Shown here piece by piece: positions 55,505-64,000 of a stretch of 64,000 nucleotides of DNA (its first letter is position 1; each line of letters opens with the position of its first letter). The notes below the pieces were generated by a model. That model did no database searches. It was not told the origin of the DNA and worked only from the letters and a program-made list of their open reading frames with translations. Both the position numbers and the translations under genes were made by a program. This DNA is from Fluviicola sp. (GTDB lineage: Bacteria > Bacteroidota > Bacteroidia > Flavobacteriales_D > Crocinitomicaceae): contig NVXU02000044.1 of assembly GCA_002734065.2 (NCBI GenBank), positions 1,678-65,677 on the forward strand, in the 5' to 3' direction.

Positions 55505-57238
55505 ATGAAAATATTCATTTCCTTCTTTTTCCTTTTTTGCCTCTTTTTTACCTCTTTTTCGCAAAATTCGATTGAAAACAGCGAAAAAGTGCTCAATTTT
55601 CACAGTAATATCGAAATTCTAGCCAACAACCATGTTCGAGTAAGCGAAACAATAAAGGTGGTTGTAAAGGGCATTGTTTTTAAGCGAGGAATCTTTCGGG
55701 AAATTCCACTTTCTTATGATTACAAAGGTGGAAATGTGCACGTTGGTTTTGATCTTCTTTCTGTCAAAAAAGAAGGTGAAGAAGAAAACTACTTTACAAA
55801 AAAAAAAGATAATGGAATCATTATTTACGTTGGCAATGAAGATGTGTTCTTAAAGGAAGGGGTTTACACCTATGAAATCGTTTATGAAGTTTCCGATGTT
55901 CTTCTCTACAATGAAGAATTTGACGAGTTTTATTGGAATGTGAACGGAAATGGATGGGAAGTGCAAATGGACAAACTTTCTGCAACGATTATTTATCCGA
56001 AAGGAGCCGAGTTAATCCAGTATGACGGCTATACTGGGCAATTTGGTGAAAACAACAAAGATTTTGAAACAAAAACCAACGATAATTCCATTACCTACAC
56101 CTTTACTAAAAAGGTTGGTTACAAAGAGGGCTTATCCGTCGCCGTTGCTTGGGAAAAGGGTTTTGTCACCTACCCTACACTTCTTGATAAGCTTTGGTTG
56201 TGGGTTAAAACGTACATCTTATATGTCGTTGGGGCACTCGGACTTTTTCTTAATCTTATTTATCTCTACAAAAAATGGAAAAAACACGGCGTTGACCCAA
56301 AACCGGGTGTTATTATTCCCATTTATCATGCACCTGAAGGTTTTTCTCCTGCAGAATGTGCTTATTTAGGTAATTATGGAGAAAAGACGGACACCATGTT
56401 TGGCTCTACACTCATTGGTCTTGTGATGAAAGGTTTTGCAAAGATGAATATGGAGAAAGAAGGACTCATCTTTAAACACAACAAATATACCTTTGACAAG
56501 GTTCTCGAAAAAACGGACACTTCTTCTTTAAACGACATTGAAAAAGCATTTTATGATGCCTTTTTCGGTAAATCAGATCAGGTTATTATCGAAAAGGGGA
56601 AATACAACGCAAATGTTCTAACAACCTCCAAGAGTTTAATCGCAAAGGTTGATAAAAAACAAGACAACATTTACTTTCTCAGAAACAAACAACTTATTGG
56701 AAAACCTTTTCTTTATACTCTAGCAATAGCATTGGTCGGAGGTTCCTTGTTTTTCTTTTACGGCGGAGCCATCCTAATTGTGATTATTGCGGCGGCTATA
56801 TCATTAATTTTTAATGGCTTTTTTATCAAATTAATTGAGCAACCTACCCGTTTAGGACGACAAAAAATGGATGAAATTGAGGGGTTTAAAATGTACATGA
56901 AATACGCTGACAAGCAGCGAATTGAAATGATGAATCCTCCAACGATGAATTTTACACACTTTGAAGAAAACCTTTCCTATGCAATTGCATTGGAGGTTGC
57001 CGAAGAATGGGCTGGTAAATTTGACCCGAAAGAAATTGAACAAGGAATGACACCAATTATGCCCTATTACATAGGTTCTTCGTTTGCTAACTTTACAAGC
57101 ATGGGCGATGACCTGTCCTCTGTCATTTCTTCCGCCTCAACCCCTCCATCAAAAAGTGGTGGTGGAAGCGGCGATTTTTCTGGAGGCGGTGGATTTTCAG
57201 GCGGTGGATTCGGTGGTGGTGGCGGTGGAGGTTGGTAG
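55505..57238 (+). CDS. DUF2207-like membrane protein with Gly-rich C-terminal tail
   Basis: Signal peptide, beta-rich ectodomain, TM helices, tail GGGSGDFSGGGGFSGGGFGGGGGGGW; classic pairing with lemA. Confidence 0.8.
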   Translation: MKIFISFFFLFCLFFTSFSQNSIENSEKVLNFHSNIEILANNHVRVSETIKVVVKGIVFKRGIFREIPLSYDYKGGNVHVGFDLLSVKKEGEEENYFTKKKDNGIIIYVGNEDVFLKEGVYTYEIVYEVSDVLLYNEEFDEFYWNVNGNGWEVQMDKLSATIIYPKGAELIQYDGYTGQFGENNKDFETKTNDNSITYTFTKKVGYKEGLSVAVAWEKGFVTYPTLLDKLWLWVKTYILYVVGALGLFLNLIYLYKKWKKHGVDPKPGVIIPIYHAPEGFSPAECAYLGNYGEKTDTMFGSTLIGLVMKGFAKMNMEKEGLIFKHNKYTFDKVLEKTDTSSLNDIEKAFYDAFFGKSDQVIIEKGKYNANVLTTSKSLIAKVDKKQDNIYFLRNKQLIGKPFLYTLAIALVGGSLFFFYGGAILIVIIAAAISLIFNGFFIKLIEQPTRLGRQKMDEIEGFKMYMKYADKQRIEMMNPPTMNFTHFEENLSYAIALEVAEEWAGKFDPKEIEQGMTPIMPYYIGSSFANFTSMGDDLSSVISSASTPPSKSGGGSGDFSGGGGFSGGGFGGGGGGGW

Positions 57239-57290
57239 CAAAAAAGCCAACCGTTTCCGATTGACTTTTTAACTGCACTCTATGAAAAGT

Positions 57291-57722
57291 CTATTGATGA
57301 ATGGTGTGCTCTTCTTTCACTTCAATCATTTTTGATTCTTGCAAACCCATTTCTTTAATCTTTTTCTCCGCTTCAATCCCAACGAATACTTCTTCCGTTT
57401 TTTCCCCACCTTTTGTCGTGATAATCGTTAGCTTTTTCTTGCCATCAACATCTTCCAATTTAATTTCTTGGCGTTCTTCCTTAAACTTCATGTCGGTACC
57501 GGCTTGTAGTTCTGCTAACTTAGCATCTGCGGCTTCGCCTTCAAAAATCTCTTCGGTAACTTTACCGTCTTCTGTTGTGATAATGGTGAGAGTTTTTTTG
57601 CCGTTTTCCTCCTCCATACGCACTTCTTTCCTAATCTCTTTTTCTTTCTTTTCTTGTGAAAAAGAAGTGTTCGAAACTGCTACCACGAATAGACAGCTTA
57701 AAATTGTTGTTGCTAATTTCAT
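57291..57722 (-). CDS. secreted E/K-rich protein with internal duplication (hypothetical)
   Basis: Signal peptide; two ~50-aa repeats (NGKKTLTIITTEDGKVTEEIFEG / DGKKKLTIITTKGGEKTEEVFVG); the antisense ORF 57301..57771 is Ser/Phe-rich and is read as an artefact. Confidence 0.6.
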   Translation of the reverse strand: MKLATTILSCLFVVAVSNTSFSQEKKEKEIRKEVRMEEENGKKTLTIITTEDGKVTEEIFEGEAADAKLAELQAGTDMKFKEERQEIKLEDVDGKKKLTIITTKGGEKTEEVFVGIEAEKKIKEMGLQESKMIEVKEEHTIHQ

Positions 57723-57825
57723 CCCCTTTTTCTTTTATATTCAATACAATATTACGCTAAAGAACTCTTAAAACCCAAAAAAGAAGGTTAAAGTAAGTTA
57801 ACATTTTTATTTGTAATTTTAGAAC

Positions 57826-58965
57826 ATGAATCCTTTCAAGTCTAAACTTCCCGACGTTGGCACCACCATATTCTCCGTCATGTCAAAATTGGCGAAAGAA
57901 ACTGGCGCCATTAACTTATCGCAAGGTTTTCCTAACTTCCCTGTTGACCCTCTTTTGGTCGACATCTTAAAAAAGAATGCTGAACAAGACGTGCATCAGT
58001 ACATGCCCATGCCAGGTTCTGTACAATTATTGCTCCAAATTTCAAAACTTATAAAAAACAACTACCAAAGGGCTATTGACGCTGAAAAGGAGCTTTTAGT
58101 CACCGCTGGAGCCACTCAGGCGCTATTCACCGCAATTCTTGCGGTGATTAACACTGGAGATGAGGTAATTATTCTTGATCCAGCCTACGATTGCTACGAA
58201 CCAGCTGTTATTCTCGCTGGGGGAATACCAGTACACGTTCAGTTAGGAGATGATTTCTTACCCGATTGGGACAAAATAGAAGATGCCTTTTCTTCAAAAA
58301 CGAAGATGATTATTACCAACAATCCACACAACCCGTCGGGGAGACTTTGGTCGCAGAAAGATGTTGATTCTTTGGAGTCTCTTTTACTGAAAAATGAAAA
58401 TGTTTTGCTTCTTTCTGATGAAGTTTATGAATTCATTACCTTCGAGAATAAGCATATTTCCATTCATACAAGAGAAAAACTATTAAATAGAACGATCATT
58501 ACCTCATCTTTTGGAAAAACCTTTCACATAACAGGTTGGAAAATGGGCTATTTGGTAGCGCCAGAAGAGTTGATGATAGAAATTAAAAAAGTGCATCAAT
58601 TCAATGTTTTTAGCGTCAATAGCGTTGCCCAGTCTTGCCTGACGGAGTACATTCAAAAAACAGACGTTTCCGTTCTTGGAGAGTTCTATCAAAAGAAAAG
58701 AGACCTCTTTCAATCGTTAATGCATGAGTCGAGGTTTCGTTTGCTTCCTTGTGAGGGTACTTATTTTCAAACGGTAGATTATTCTGCTATTTCGCAAGAG
58801 AATGATGTAAGCTTTTGCAAAGAACTGGCAACAAAACACGGTGTAGCGGCTATTCCAATTTCTGTGTTTAACAAAAACAAACTAGACCTTAAAATAATTC
58901 GTTTTTGCTTTGCCAAAGATGAAGAAACCTTAACTTCTGCAACAGAAAGACTATGCAAGATTTAA
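57826..58965 (+). CDS. class I/II PLP aminotransferase (YbdL / methionine aminotransferase-like)
   Basis: NLSQGFPNF, PHNPSG, SSFGKTFHITGWKMGY (PLP lysine) motifs. Confidence 0.85.
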   Translation: MNPFKSKLPDVGTTIFSVMSKLAKETGAINLSQGFPNFPVDPLLVDILKKNAEQDVHQYMPMPGSVQLLLQISKLIKNNYQRAIDAEKELLVTAGATQALFTAILAVINTGDEVIILDPAYDCYEPAVILAGGIPVHVQLGDDFLPDWDKIEDAFSSKTKMIITNNPHNPSGRLWSQKDVDSLESLLLKNENVLLLSDEVYEFITFENKHISIHTREKLLNRTIITSSFGKTFHITGWKMGYLVAPEELMIEIKKVHQFNVFSVNSVAQSCLTEYIQKTDVSVLGEFYQKKRDLFQSLMHESRFRLLPCEGTYFQTVDYSAISQENDVSFCKELATKHGVAAIPISVFNKNKLDLKIIRFCFAKDEETLTSATERLCKI

Positions 58966-59729
58966 AAGTAAGCCTTGTTCAAGCCAACCAAATTTGGGAA
59001 GACAAAACAGCCAATTTCACAAATTATTTACGCCTTCTAAAGGATGTACAAACTGACTTAATCATTCTCCCAGAAATGTTTAACACCGGTTTCAGCATGA
59101 ATGTAGAAATTCTTGGAGAAGAATGGAGCACCAGTCCTTCTATTCAATGGTTGAAAGAATTAGCGGCGCATCATCAAGCCGCAGTTTATACCTCCCTTAT
59201 AATAAAAGACGAGGATAAATTCTATAATCGAGGTGTTTTTGTTCATCCTTCTGGCAAAATCAACTCCTACGACAAACGAAAATCATTCTCCTTGGCAAAA
59301 GAAGATCTTTTCTTCACAGAAGGAGTAAAAGAAGTAATTGTTGAGTACAAAGAATGGAAAATTCAACTCCAAATCTGCTTTGACTTACGATTTCCTGAAA
59401 TAGTAAGAAATGAATTGGACAATGACAACTTGCCAAAATACGACCTTATTCTCTACATCGCTAATTGGCCTGAGAAAAGAATTTCTCATTGGGACAGCTT
59501 ATTAACAGCAAGAGCGATTGAAAATCAAAGCTATGTGGCGGGAGTGAATAGAATAGGAACAGACGAGAACAACTTAGACTATTGCGGTCATTCAACCGCT
59601 ATTTCTGCTTTAGGTTCAGAATTGTTAAGTAAAAATGATGCTGAAAGTGTAAAAACAATCGTTTTATCTTCAGAAAGTCTCAAAAAAGTAAGAAAAACCC
59701 TTCCTTTTTTGTATAAACGGTTGTTTTGA
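58953..59729 (+). CDS. nitrilase-superfamily amidohydrolase (omega-amidase YafV-like)
   Basis: Catalytic triad context LPEMF (Glu), YDKRK (Lys), QICFDLRFPE (Cys); 13-bp overlap with aminotransferase gene. Confidence 0.82.
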   Translation: MQDLKVSLVQANQIWEDKTANFTNYLRLLKDVQTDLIILPEMFNTGFSMNVEILGEEWSTSPSIQWLKELAAHHQAAVYTSLIIKDEDKFYNRGVFVHPSGKINSYDKRKSFSLAKEDLFFTEGVKEVIVEYKEWKIQLQICFDLRFPEIVRNELDNDNLPKYDLILYIANWPEKRISHWDSLLTARAIENQSYVAGVNRIGTDENNLDYCGHSTAISALGSELLSKNDAESVKTIVLSSESLKKVRKTLPFLYKRLF

Positions 59730-59766
59730 TTGATTAAACGGTACTCCTTTTTTTGATTTTATATCG

Positions 59767-59774
59767 TACTTTTG
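59767..59774 (+). promoter_or_regulatory. candidate -7 promoter box
   Basis: TACTTTTG, 21 nt upstream of ATG 59796. Confidence 0.45.
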
Positions 59775-59795
59775 TCTAAATCAAATCATTATACA

Positions 59796-61688
59796 ATGAA
59801 AAAAATATACTTAAGTGCTTTATTTATTGGATTGTTTGCAAGTGCAGATGCTCAAGTTAAAAAAGAGGCAATGTACAAAATGGGGGTAATAGAGAATGGA
59901 CAATTCGCCCAACCAAACAATCCGATCTATACAACAAAAGACATTGGAGTTGAAATTTGGACAGAAAATTTTGATAACAGCACCAATTGGACATTTAGCA
60001 ATTCTTCAATCAACAACCCTGGTTATACCGGTTCAAATTATGGATGGAATATTGGGTCTACCGTTAATTCTTGGTGGAATGGGTTTAGCGCAGGTATTAA
60101 CTCTACATCAGGTGGTGGTTTTGCAGAAGTTTACAATGGAGATTATTTTGCTCCGACGGTAGATTCTACAAACATTGTCATTTACGAGATGACATCTATT
60201 CCTTTAGATATTCCTAACTTGCCAGGAAACACAGGGAACACAGAAAACGTAATTGTTTCGTTTCAACAGTTCGGAGCATTATTTAACGATGATCAGACTG
60301 TACAAGTAAGTACTGATGGTTCTGTTTGGAATGACATTCATACAAATAATGACAGATTGGTTTATTTAGGAAATAATCCTGATGCTGTTTATGACAACCC
60401 TGAAACAATTCAAGTTAACATTTCTCAATGGGTGGTGGGTAACGCTTCCGCTGTTCAGTTTCGTTTTAAATGGACTTCTAGATTTCAGAGCAGTAATTCT
60501 AAGGCTGCGTGGACAACTTTTGGATGGTTCATTGATGATATGAAAATCTTAACACAACCAACGAATGATGTACAGTTATTATCCTCTTATATTGTTGGTG
60601 CAGGTAATGAAGGTATTGAATACGGGAGAACTCCAACAAACAACTTAGATGCTAGCTGGCTTGTTGGTGGCGTTATCCGTAACTTTGGTTCTATGGATCA
60701 ACCAACAACTGATTTAACAGCGGATTTTGTGTCGTTTTCTTCAAATTCTACAGGTCTAGTGGAAGCAGATTCGACAAGAGTTCTCGAATCAACGGAAACT
60801 CCTACTCTTGCTGTAGGTGTTTACGATGGAACCTATACTGTTGTTGCAGGAACGGATACAGCAAATGGTGTTTCGTTTTTTGACAATACTGGATTAAGAA
60901 GCTTTGAAGTAACTAACAATGAGTACTCCATAGACGGAATTGGAATCTACCCTAACCCTGTGCTAGGATCTATCGGTACTAACTCGTTTACAGGTGCTCA
61001 AGATGGACTTGTTCTTGCTGCAATGTACCACCTTAAGAACACGACAACCGTAAATTCACTTCGAGTAATGCTTGCTTCTGGAACAGTCCCTGGAGGAGAC
61101 ATCACTGCCTCAATTATTGACACCGCAGTTTTGTTAGCTGATGCTACAAGTCCTCTGTATGTTAGTAATCCTATAACACTTACCTCAGCACATGTAGCTG
61201 CTGGTTTTGTTGATCTTCCGTTTGCTAGCGTTCAAGCTAACTTACCCGTGTTAAGTCCTGGAGCTTATTTTGCTGCTGTTGAATTAACGAGTAACTCTGG
61301 ATCAAATACGATTAGCGTTGTTGATGACCAAACAGTTGTTCAGCCTGGAGTTGGTAGTATGATTTTTATTCCTGGGGATCAAACTTATTCTAATGGAACC
61401 GCTATTGGTGTAAGAATGTTAACTGGAGTAGGAACTATTGGTTTAGAAGAGAATTCATTAAATAGTATTAAGGTTTTCCCAAATCCAAGTAAAGGAGTCT
61501 TTACAATAACATTTGATAATAAAACAACTAATTCCATTGCTATCTACGATATGCTTGGTAAGGAAGTTTACTCTAAAACAACTTCTTCTAAACTTACTGT
61601 TGATTTATCAGCAAAAGGAATGGGGGTTTACTTAGTGAAAATTTCTAACGAAAGTGGTGTTATTGTAAAAAGAATTGTTGTTAGATAA
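59796..61688 (+). CDS. secreted protein with T9SS type A C-terminal sorting domain
   Basis: Start moved to MKKIYLSALFIGLFASADAQ signal peptide; C-terminus KVFPNPSKGVFTITF ... GVYLVKISNESGVIVKRIVV resembles TIGR04183. Confidence 0.8.
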   Translation: MKKIYLSALFIGLFASADAQVKKEAMYKMGVIENGQFAQPNNPIYTTKDIGVEIWTENFDNSTNWTFSNSSINNPGYTGSNYGWNIGSTVNSWWNGFSAGINSTSGGGFAEVYNGDYFAPTVDSTNIVIYEMTSIPLDIPNLPGNTGNTENVIVSFQQFGALFNDDQTVQVSTDGSVWNDIHTNNDRLVYLGNNPDAVYDNPETIQVNISQWVVGNASAVQFRFKWTSRFQSSNSKAAWTTFGWFIDDMKILTQPTNDVQLLSSYIVGAGNEGIEYGRTPTNNLDASWLVGGVIRNFGSMDQPTTDLTADFVSFSSNSTGLVEADSTRVLESTETPTLAVGVYDGTYTVVAGTDTANGVSFFDNTGLRSFEVTNNEYSIDGIGIYPNPVLGSIGTNSFTGAQDGLVLAAMYHLKNTTTVNSLRVMLASGTVPGGDITASIIDTAVLLADATSPLYVSNPITLTSAHVAAGFVDLPFASVQANLPVLSPGAYFAAVELTSNSGSNTISVVDDQTVVQPGVGSMIFIPGDQTYSNGTAIGVRMLTGVGTIGLEENSLNSIKVFPNPSKGVFTITFDNKTTNSIAIYDMLGKEVYSKTTSSKLTVDLSAKGMGVYLVKISNESGVIVKRIVVR

Positions 61689-61738
61689 TAACTAATGACT
61701 TTCTGATAATTTTCAGAACACAATACGTATATTTAAAA

Positions 61739-61768
61739 CCGAGAAGCTAATCCTTCTCGGTTTTTTTT
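61739..61768 (+). terminator. rho-independent terminator
   Basis: ccgagaag-ctaatc-cttctcgg followed by TTTTTTTT. Confidence 0.8.
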
Positions 61769-62191
61769 ATGGACTATCTCGAACTTGGTTATCTAGGACT
61801 TTTTTTGGTTTGCTTCTTATCGGCAACCATTCTTCCGTTGGCTTCCGAAGCGGTCGTTTTGGCTTTTCTGTACTACAATTTTGACCCTGTAACAGTGTTA
61901 ATTGTCGCAACAGTTGGTAATACTCTCGGAGGTGTCACCAATTACCTATTAGGGATGCTTGGTAAGACTAAAACACTTAAAAAATACATCCGCAATGAAA
62001 AAAAGTGGGCTAAATTTGAAAAACGGGTGGACAAGTACGGGGTTTGGTTAGGATTAATAACCTGGCTCCCTTTCATCGGCGATCCACTAACCATTGTTCT
62101 CGGCTTTTTTCGAGTAAAATTTATTCCCTTATTCTTTTTAATGCTCCTCGGAAAAGGTTTACGGTACGCCGTCATCGTTTTCTTGTGGTAA
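61769..62191 (+). CDS. YqaA/DedA-related small membrane protein
   Basis: 140 aa, 4 TM, LGYLGLFLVCFLSATILPLASE N-terminus typical of YqaA family. Confidence 0.75.
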   Translation: MDYLELGYLGLFLVCFLSATILPLASEAVVLAFLYYNFDPVTVLIVATVGNTLGGVTNYLLGMLGKTKTLKKYIRNEKKWAKFEKRVDKYGVWLGLITWLPFIGDPLTIVLGFFRVKFIPLFFLMLLGKGLRYAVIVFLW

Positions 62192-62243
62192 AATCATTAC
62201 GGTGTAAATCATTTTACCGATATTTGTGCAAAACAACTCTAAA

Positions 62244-63251
62244 ATGGCAAAATTGACCACCCTTCATGAATTTATCATGAATAAACAAGCAGATTTTCCT
62301 TATGCTTCTGGAGAATTATCACGCTTACTTTCTGACATTGCAATCGCATCAAAAGTAGTGAGTAATGACGTTCGTAGAGCTGGACTGATGGATGATATTC
62401 TCGGTGCTCAAGGAAATACAAATGTACAGGGTGAAGAACAACAAAAATTAGATGTCATTGCCGATAATGCTTTTATTTCCATCTTTAAAACCGGTGGGGA
62501 AGTGTGTGGAATTGCTTCAGAAGAGAATGATGAGTTCATGCCTTTCGAAAGTGAATTTTCGCAATCAGGAAAATACGTTGTTTTATTTGATCCATTAGAC
62601 GGTTCTTCCAACATTGATGTGAACGTTTCTATCGGAACAATTTTCTCCATTTATAGAAGAGAAAGTCCAAAAGGAACTCCTGCAACCAAAGAAGATATGT
62701 TGCAGTCTGGCGACAACCAAATTGCAGCAGGTTATGTTCTCTACGGTTCATCGACAATGATGGTTTACACCACGGGGAAAGGTGTTAACGGCTTTACTTT
62801 AGATCCGTATATCGGAGAATTTTGCCTTTCTCACCCCAATATGAAAATGCCTGAAACTGGTCGTATGTATGCCATGAATGAAGGCAACATCAATATTTGT
62901 GACCCCGGAATTAAAGAATACATCGAAACTTATTGCCAACAAACACAACCTGGTCAACCGAGACCATATTCAGGAAGATACATCGGGTCTTTGGTGGCTG
63001 ATTTTCACAGAAACTTAATCAAAGGAGGTATTTATATCTACCCATCTACCACTGTTGATCCAGAAGGGAGGTTGCGATTGTTATACGAGTGCAACCCTTT
63101 AGCATACATTGCTGAGCAAGCAGGAGGCCTTGCCACAACTGGTCATGAAAGAGTGATGGGAATCAAGCCAACGGAATTACATGAGCGTGTGCCGTTTTTT
63201 ATTGGTTCTAAAACAATGGTTGAACAAGCGATGAACTGCTTGAAAAAATAG
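62244..63251 (+). CDS. fbp: class 1 fructose-1,6-bisphosphatase
   Basis: DPLDGSSN metal-binding motif and GGIYIYP motif; ATG 62244 preferred over upstream GTG 62226. Confidence 0.95.
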   Translation: MAKLTTLHEFIMNKQADFPYASGELSRLLSDIAIASKVVSNDVRRAGLMDDILGAQGNTNVQGEEQQKLDVIADNAFISIFKTGGEVCGIASEENDEFMPFESEFSQSGKYVVLFDPLDGSSNIDVNVSIGTIFSIYRRESPKGTPATKEDMLQSGDNQIAAGYVLYGSSTMMVYTTGKGVNGFTLDPYIGEFCLSHPNMKMPETGRMYAMNEGNINICDPGIKEYIETYCQQTQPGQPRPYSGRYIGSLVADFHRNLIKGGIYIYPSTTVDPEGRLRLLYECNPLAYIAEQAGGLATTGHERVMGIKPTELHERVPFFIGSKTMVEQAMNCLKK

Positions 63252-63258
63252 TCAAAGA

Positions 63259-64000
63259 ATGGATGTTAAAAGTCTAAAAGCATCTTTTTCTGAGCTTCAA
63301 CAGGTAGGTGCAACTGCCAATCAATTGCAAATAATTGGTTCAAAAATCAACTGGTCGGGACTGGTCGGTTCTGCAAAAGCCATTTGTGCCAATTGTGTCA
63401 TAGAACAGGCTCCTGGCAACCATGTTTTCATTCTTGAAGACAAAGAAAAAGCCGCATACTTTCTCAACGACCTAGAAGGGTTAAATCCAAAGAATTCTAA
63501 CGTTCTTTTCTATCCTGCGTCTTACCGAGTTCCTTACGAAACAGAAAAAACAGACAACGCTAATGTCGTCGCAAGAGCAGAGGTTCTCGACAAGGTAGCA
63601 AAGAATAAAAACACGTGGATTGTTACTTACCCAAAGGCTATAATTGAGCAAATTCCGTCTAAAAAAGTGTTGGCGAAAAGTACGCTCAAAGTAGAGGTTG
63701 ACAAAACCTACTCCATTGACTTTATCAACGAAACCCTTATGGATGTTGGTTTTGATAGAGTTGATTTTGTTTACGAACCAGGGCAATTCTCCATCAGAGG
63801 TGGAATTATCGATGTTTTTTCCTTCTCCAATGATCATCCTTTCAGAATAGAATTCTTCGGCGATGATGTTGAGAGCATCCGAACATTTGATGCAAGCACG
63901 CAACTGTCAATCAACACGCATAAACACTTCAATATTGTTCCCAATATTCAAGGAAGTATCGTCAAAGAGGGCAACGTTTCTTTCTTTGATTTTCTAGGAG
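63259..64000 (+). CDS. mfd: transcription-repair coupling factor, N-terminal part (continues past window end)
   Basis: My own translation from ATG 63259: FYPASYRVPYE, FSIRGGIIDVFSFSNDHPFRIEFFGDDVESIRTFD (UvrB-homology module of Mfd); open to the window end. Confidence 0.9.
   Translation, partial: MDVKSLKASFSELQQVGATANQLQIIGSKINWSGLVGSAKAICANCVIEQAPGNHVFILEDKEKAAYFLNDLEGLNPKNSNVLFYPASYRVPYETEKTDNANVVARAEVLDKVAKNKNTWIVTYPKAIIEQIPSKKVLAKSTLKVEVDKTYSIDFINETLMDVGFDRVDFVYEPGQFSIRGGIIDVFSFSNDHPFRIEFFGDDVESIRTFDASTQLSINTHKHFNIVPNIQGSIVKEGNVSFFDFLG

Noticed and set aside
57301-57771. 156-aa plus-strand ORF overlapping 57291..57722.
   Set aside because: Ser/Phe/Ile-rich sequence that mirrors the Glu/Lys-rich minus-strand protein. 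The minus-strand product has a proper signal peptide and internal repeats.
1-64000. Looked for rRNA, tRNA, CRISPR arrays, transposases, integrases and phage genes.
   Set aside because: No intergenic region has tRNA-like cloverleaf features or spaced direct repeats. No ORF shows DDE, tyrosine-recombinase or serine-recombinase motifs. The window appears free of classical mobile elements.

Overview
This is a 64-kb chromosomal segment that looks like a low-GC Bacteroidota (Flavobacteriia-type) genome. The clues are T9SS C-terminal sorting domains, PorP/SprF genes, TAnnTTTG -7 promoter boxes and the absence of Shine-Dalgarno sites. All calls come from reading the ORF translations and the DNA by eye; no database or HMM search was run.

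Most of the window is densely packed housekeeping:
- MBOAT acyltransferase pair, ribE, metF, ispD, rsmA
- S41 protease, dCMP deaminase, purH
- the complete elongasome cluster mreBCD-mrdA-rodA plus a class A PBP
- scoA/scoB, nadD, gmk, yicC
- a kynurenine-pathway operon (kynU, KMO)
- hemL, lemA/DUF2207, a ybdL-like/omega-amidase pair, fbp and the mfd 5' end

Accessory or unusual content:
1. An 11.3-kb, tightly coupled five-gene T9SS operon at 34357-45694. It holds two paralogous giant adhesins with type-B CTDs, each followed by its own PorP/SprF gene, and ends with a PorE-like TPR/beta-propeller/CRD/OmpA protein. A 1288-aa type-A-CTD adhesin with 8 tandem 80-aa repeats is transcribed divergently from it.
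2. A YefM-YoeB toxin-antitoxin pair. Its paired TGTACA operator is embedded in a Bacteroidetes-type promoter, and an orphan OmpR-type response regulator lies directly downstream.
3. A class II Fic protein.
4. Two GT-C-like polytopic membrane protein genes that look inserted. One splits scoA from scoB. The other sits behind hemL and is followed by a diverged relic copy of the hemL 3' end.
5. Very long perfect palindromes overlapping the stop codons of ribE, the decarboxylase/protease pair and scoB, plus a roughly 280-bp nested inverted-repeat element.
6. An 8-copy heptanucleotide repeat directly upstream of a start codon.
7. A repeated AT-rich intercistronic motif in the kynurenine operon.

No rRNA, tRNA, CRISPR array, transposase or integrase was recognised.
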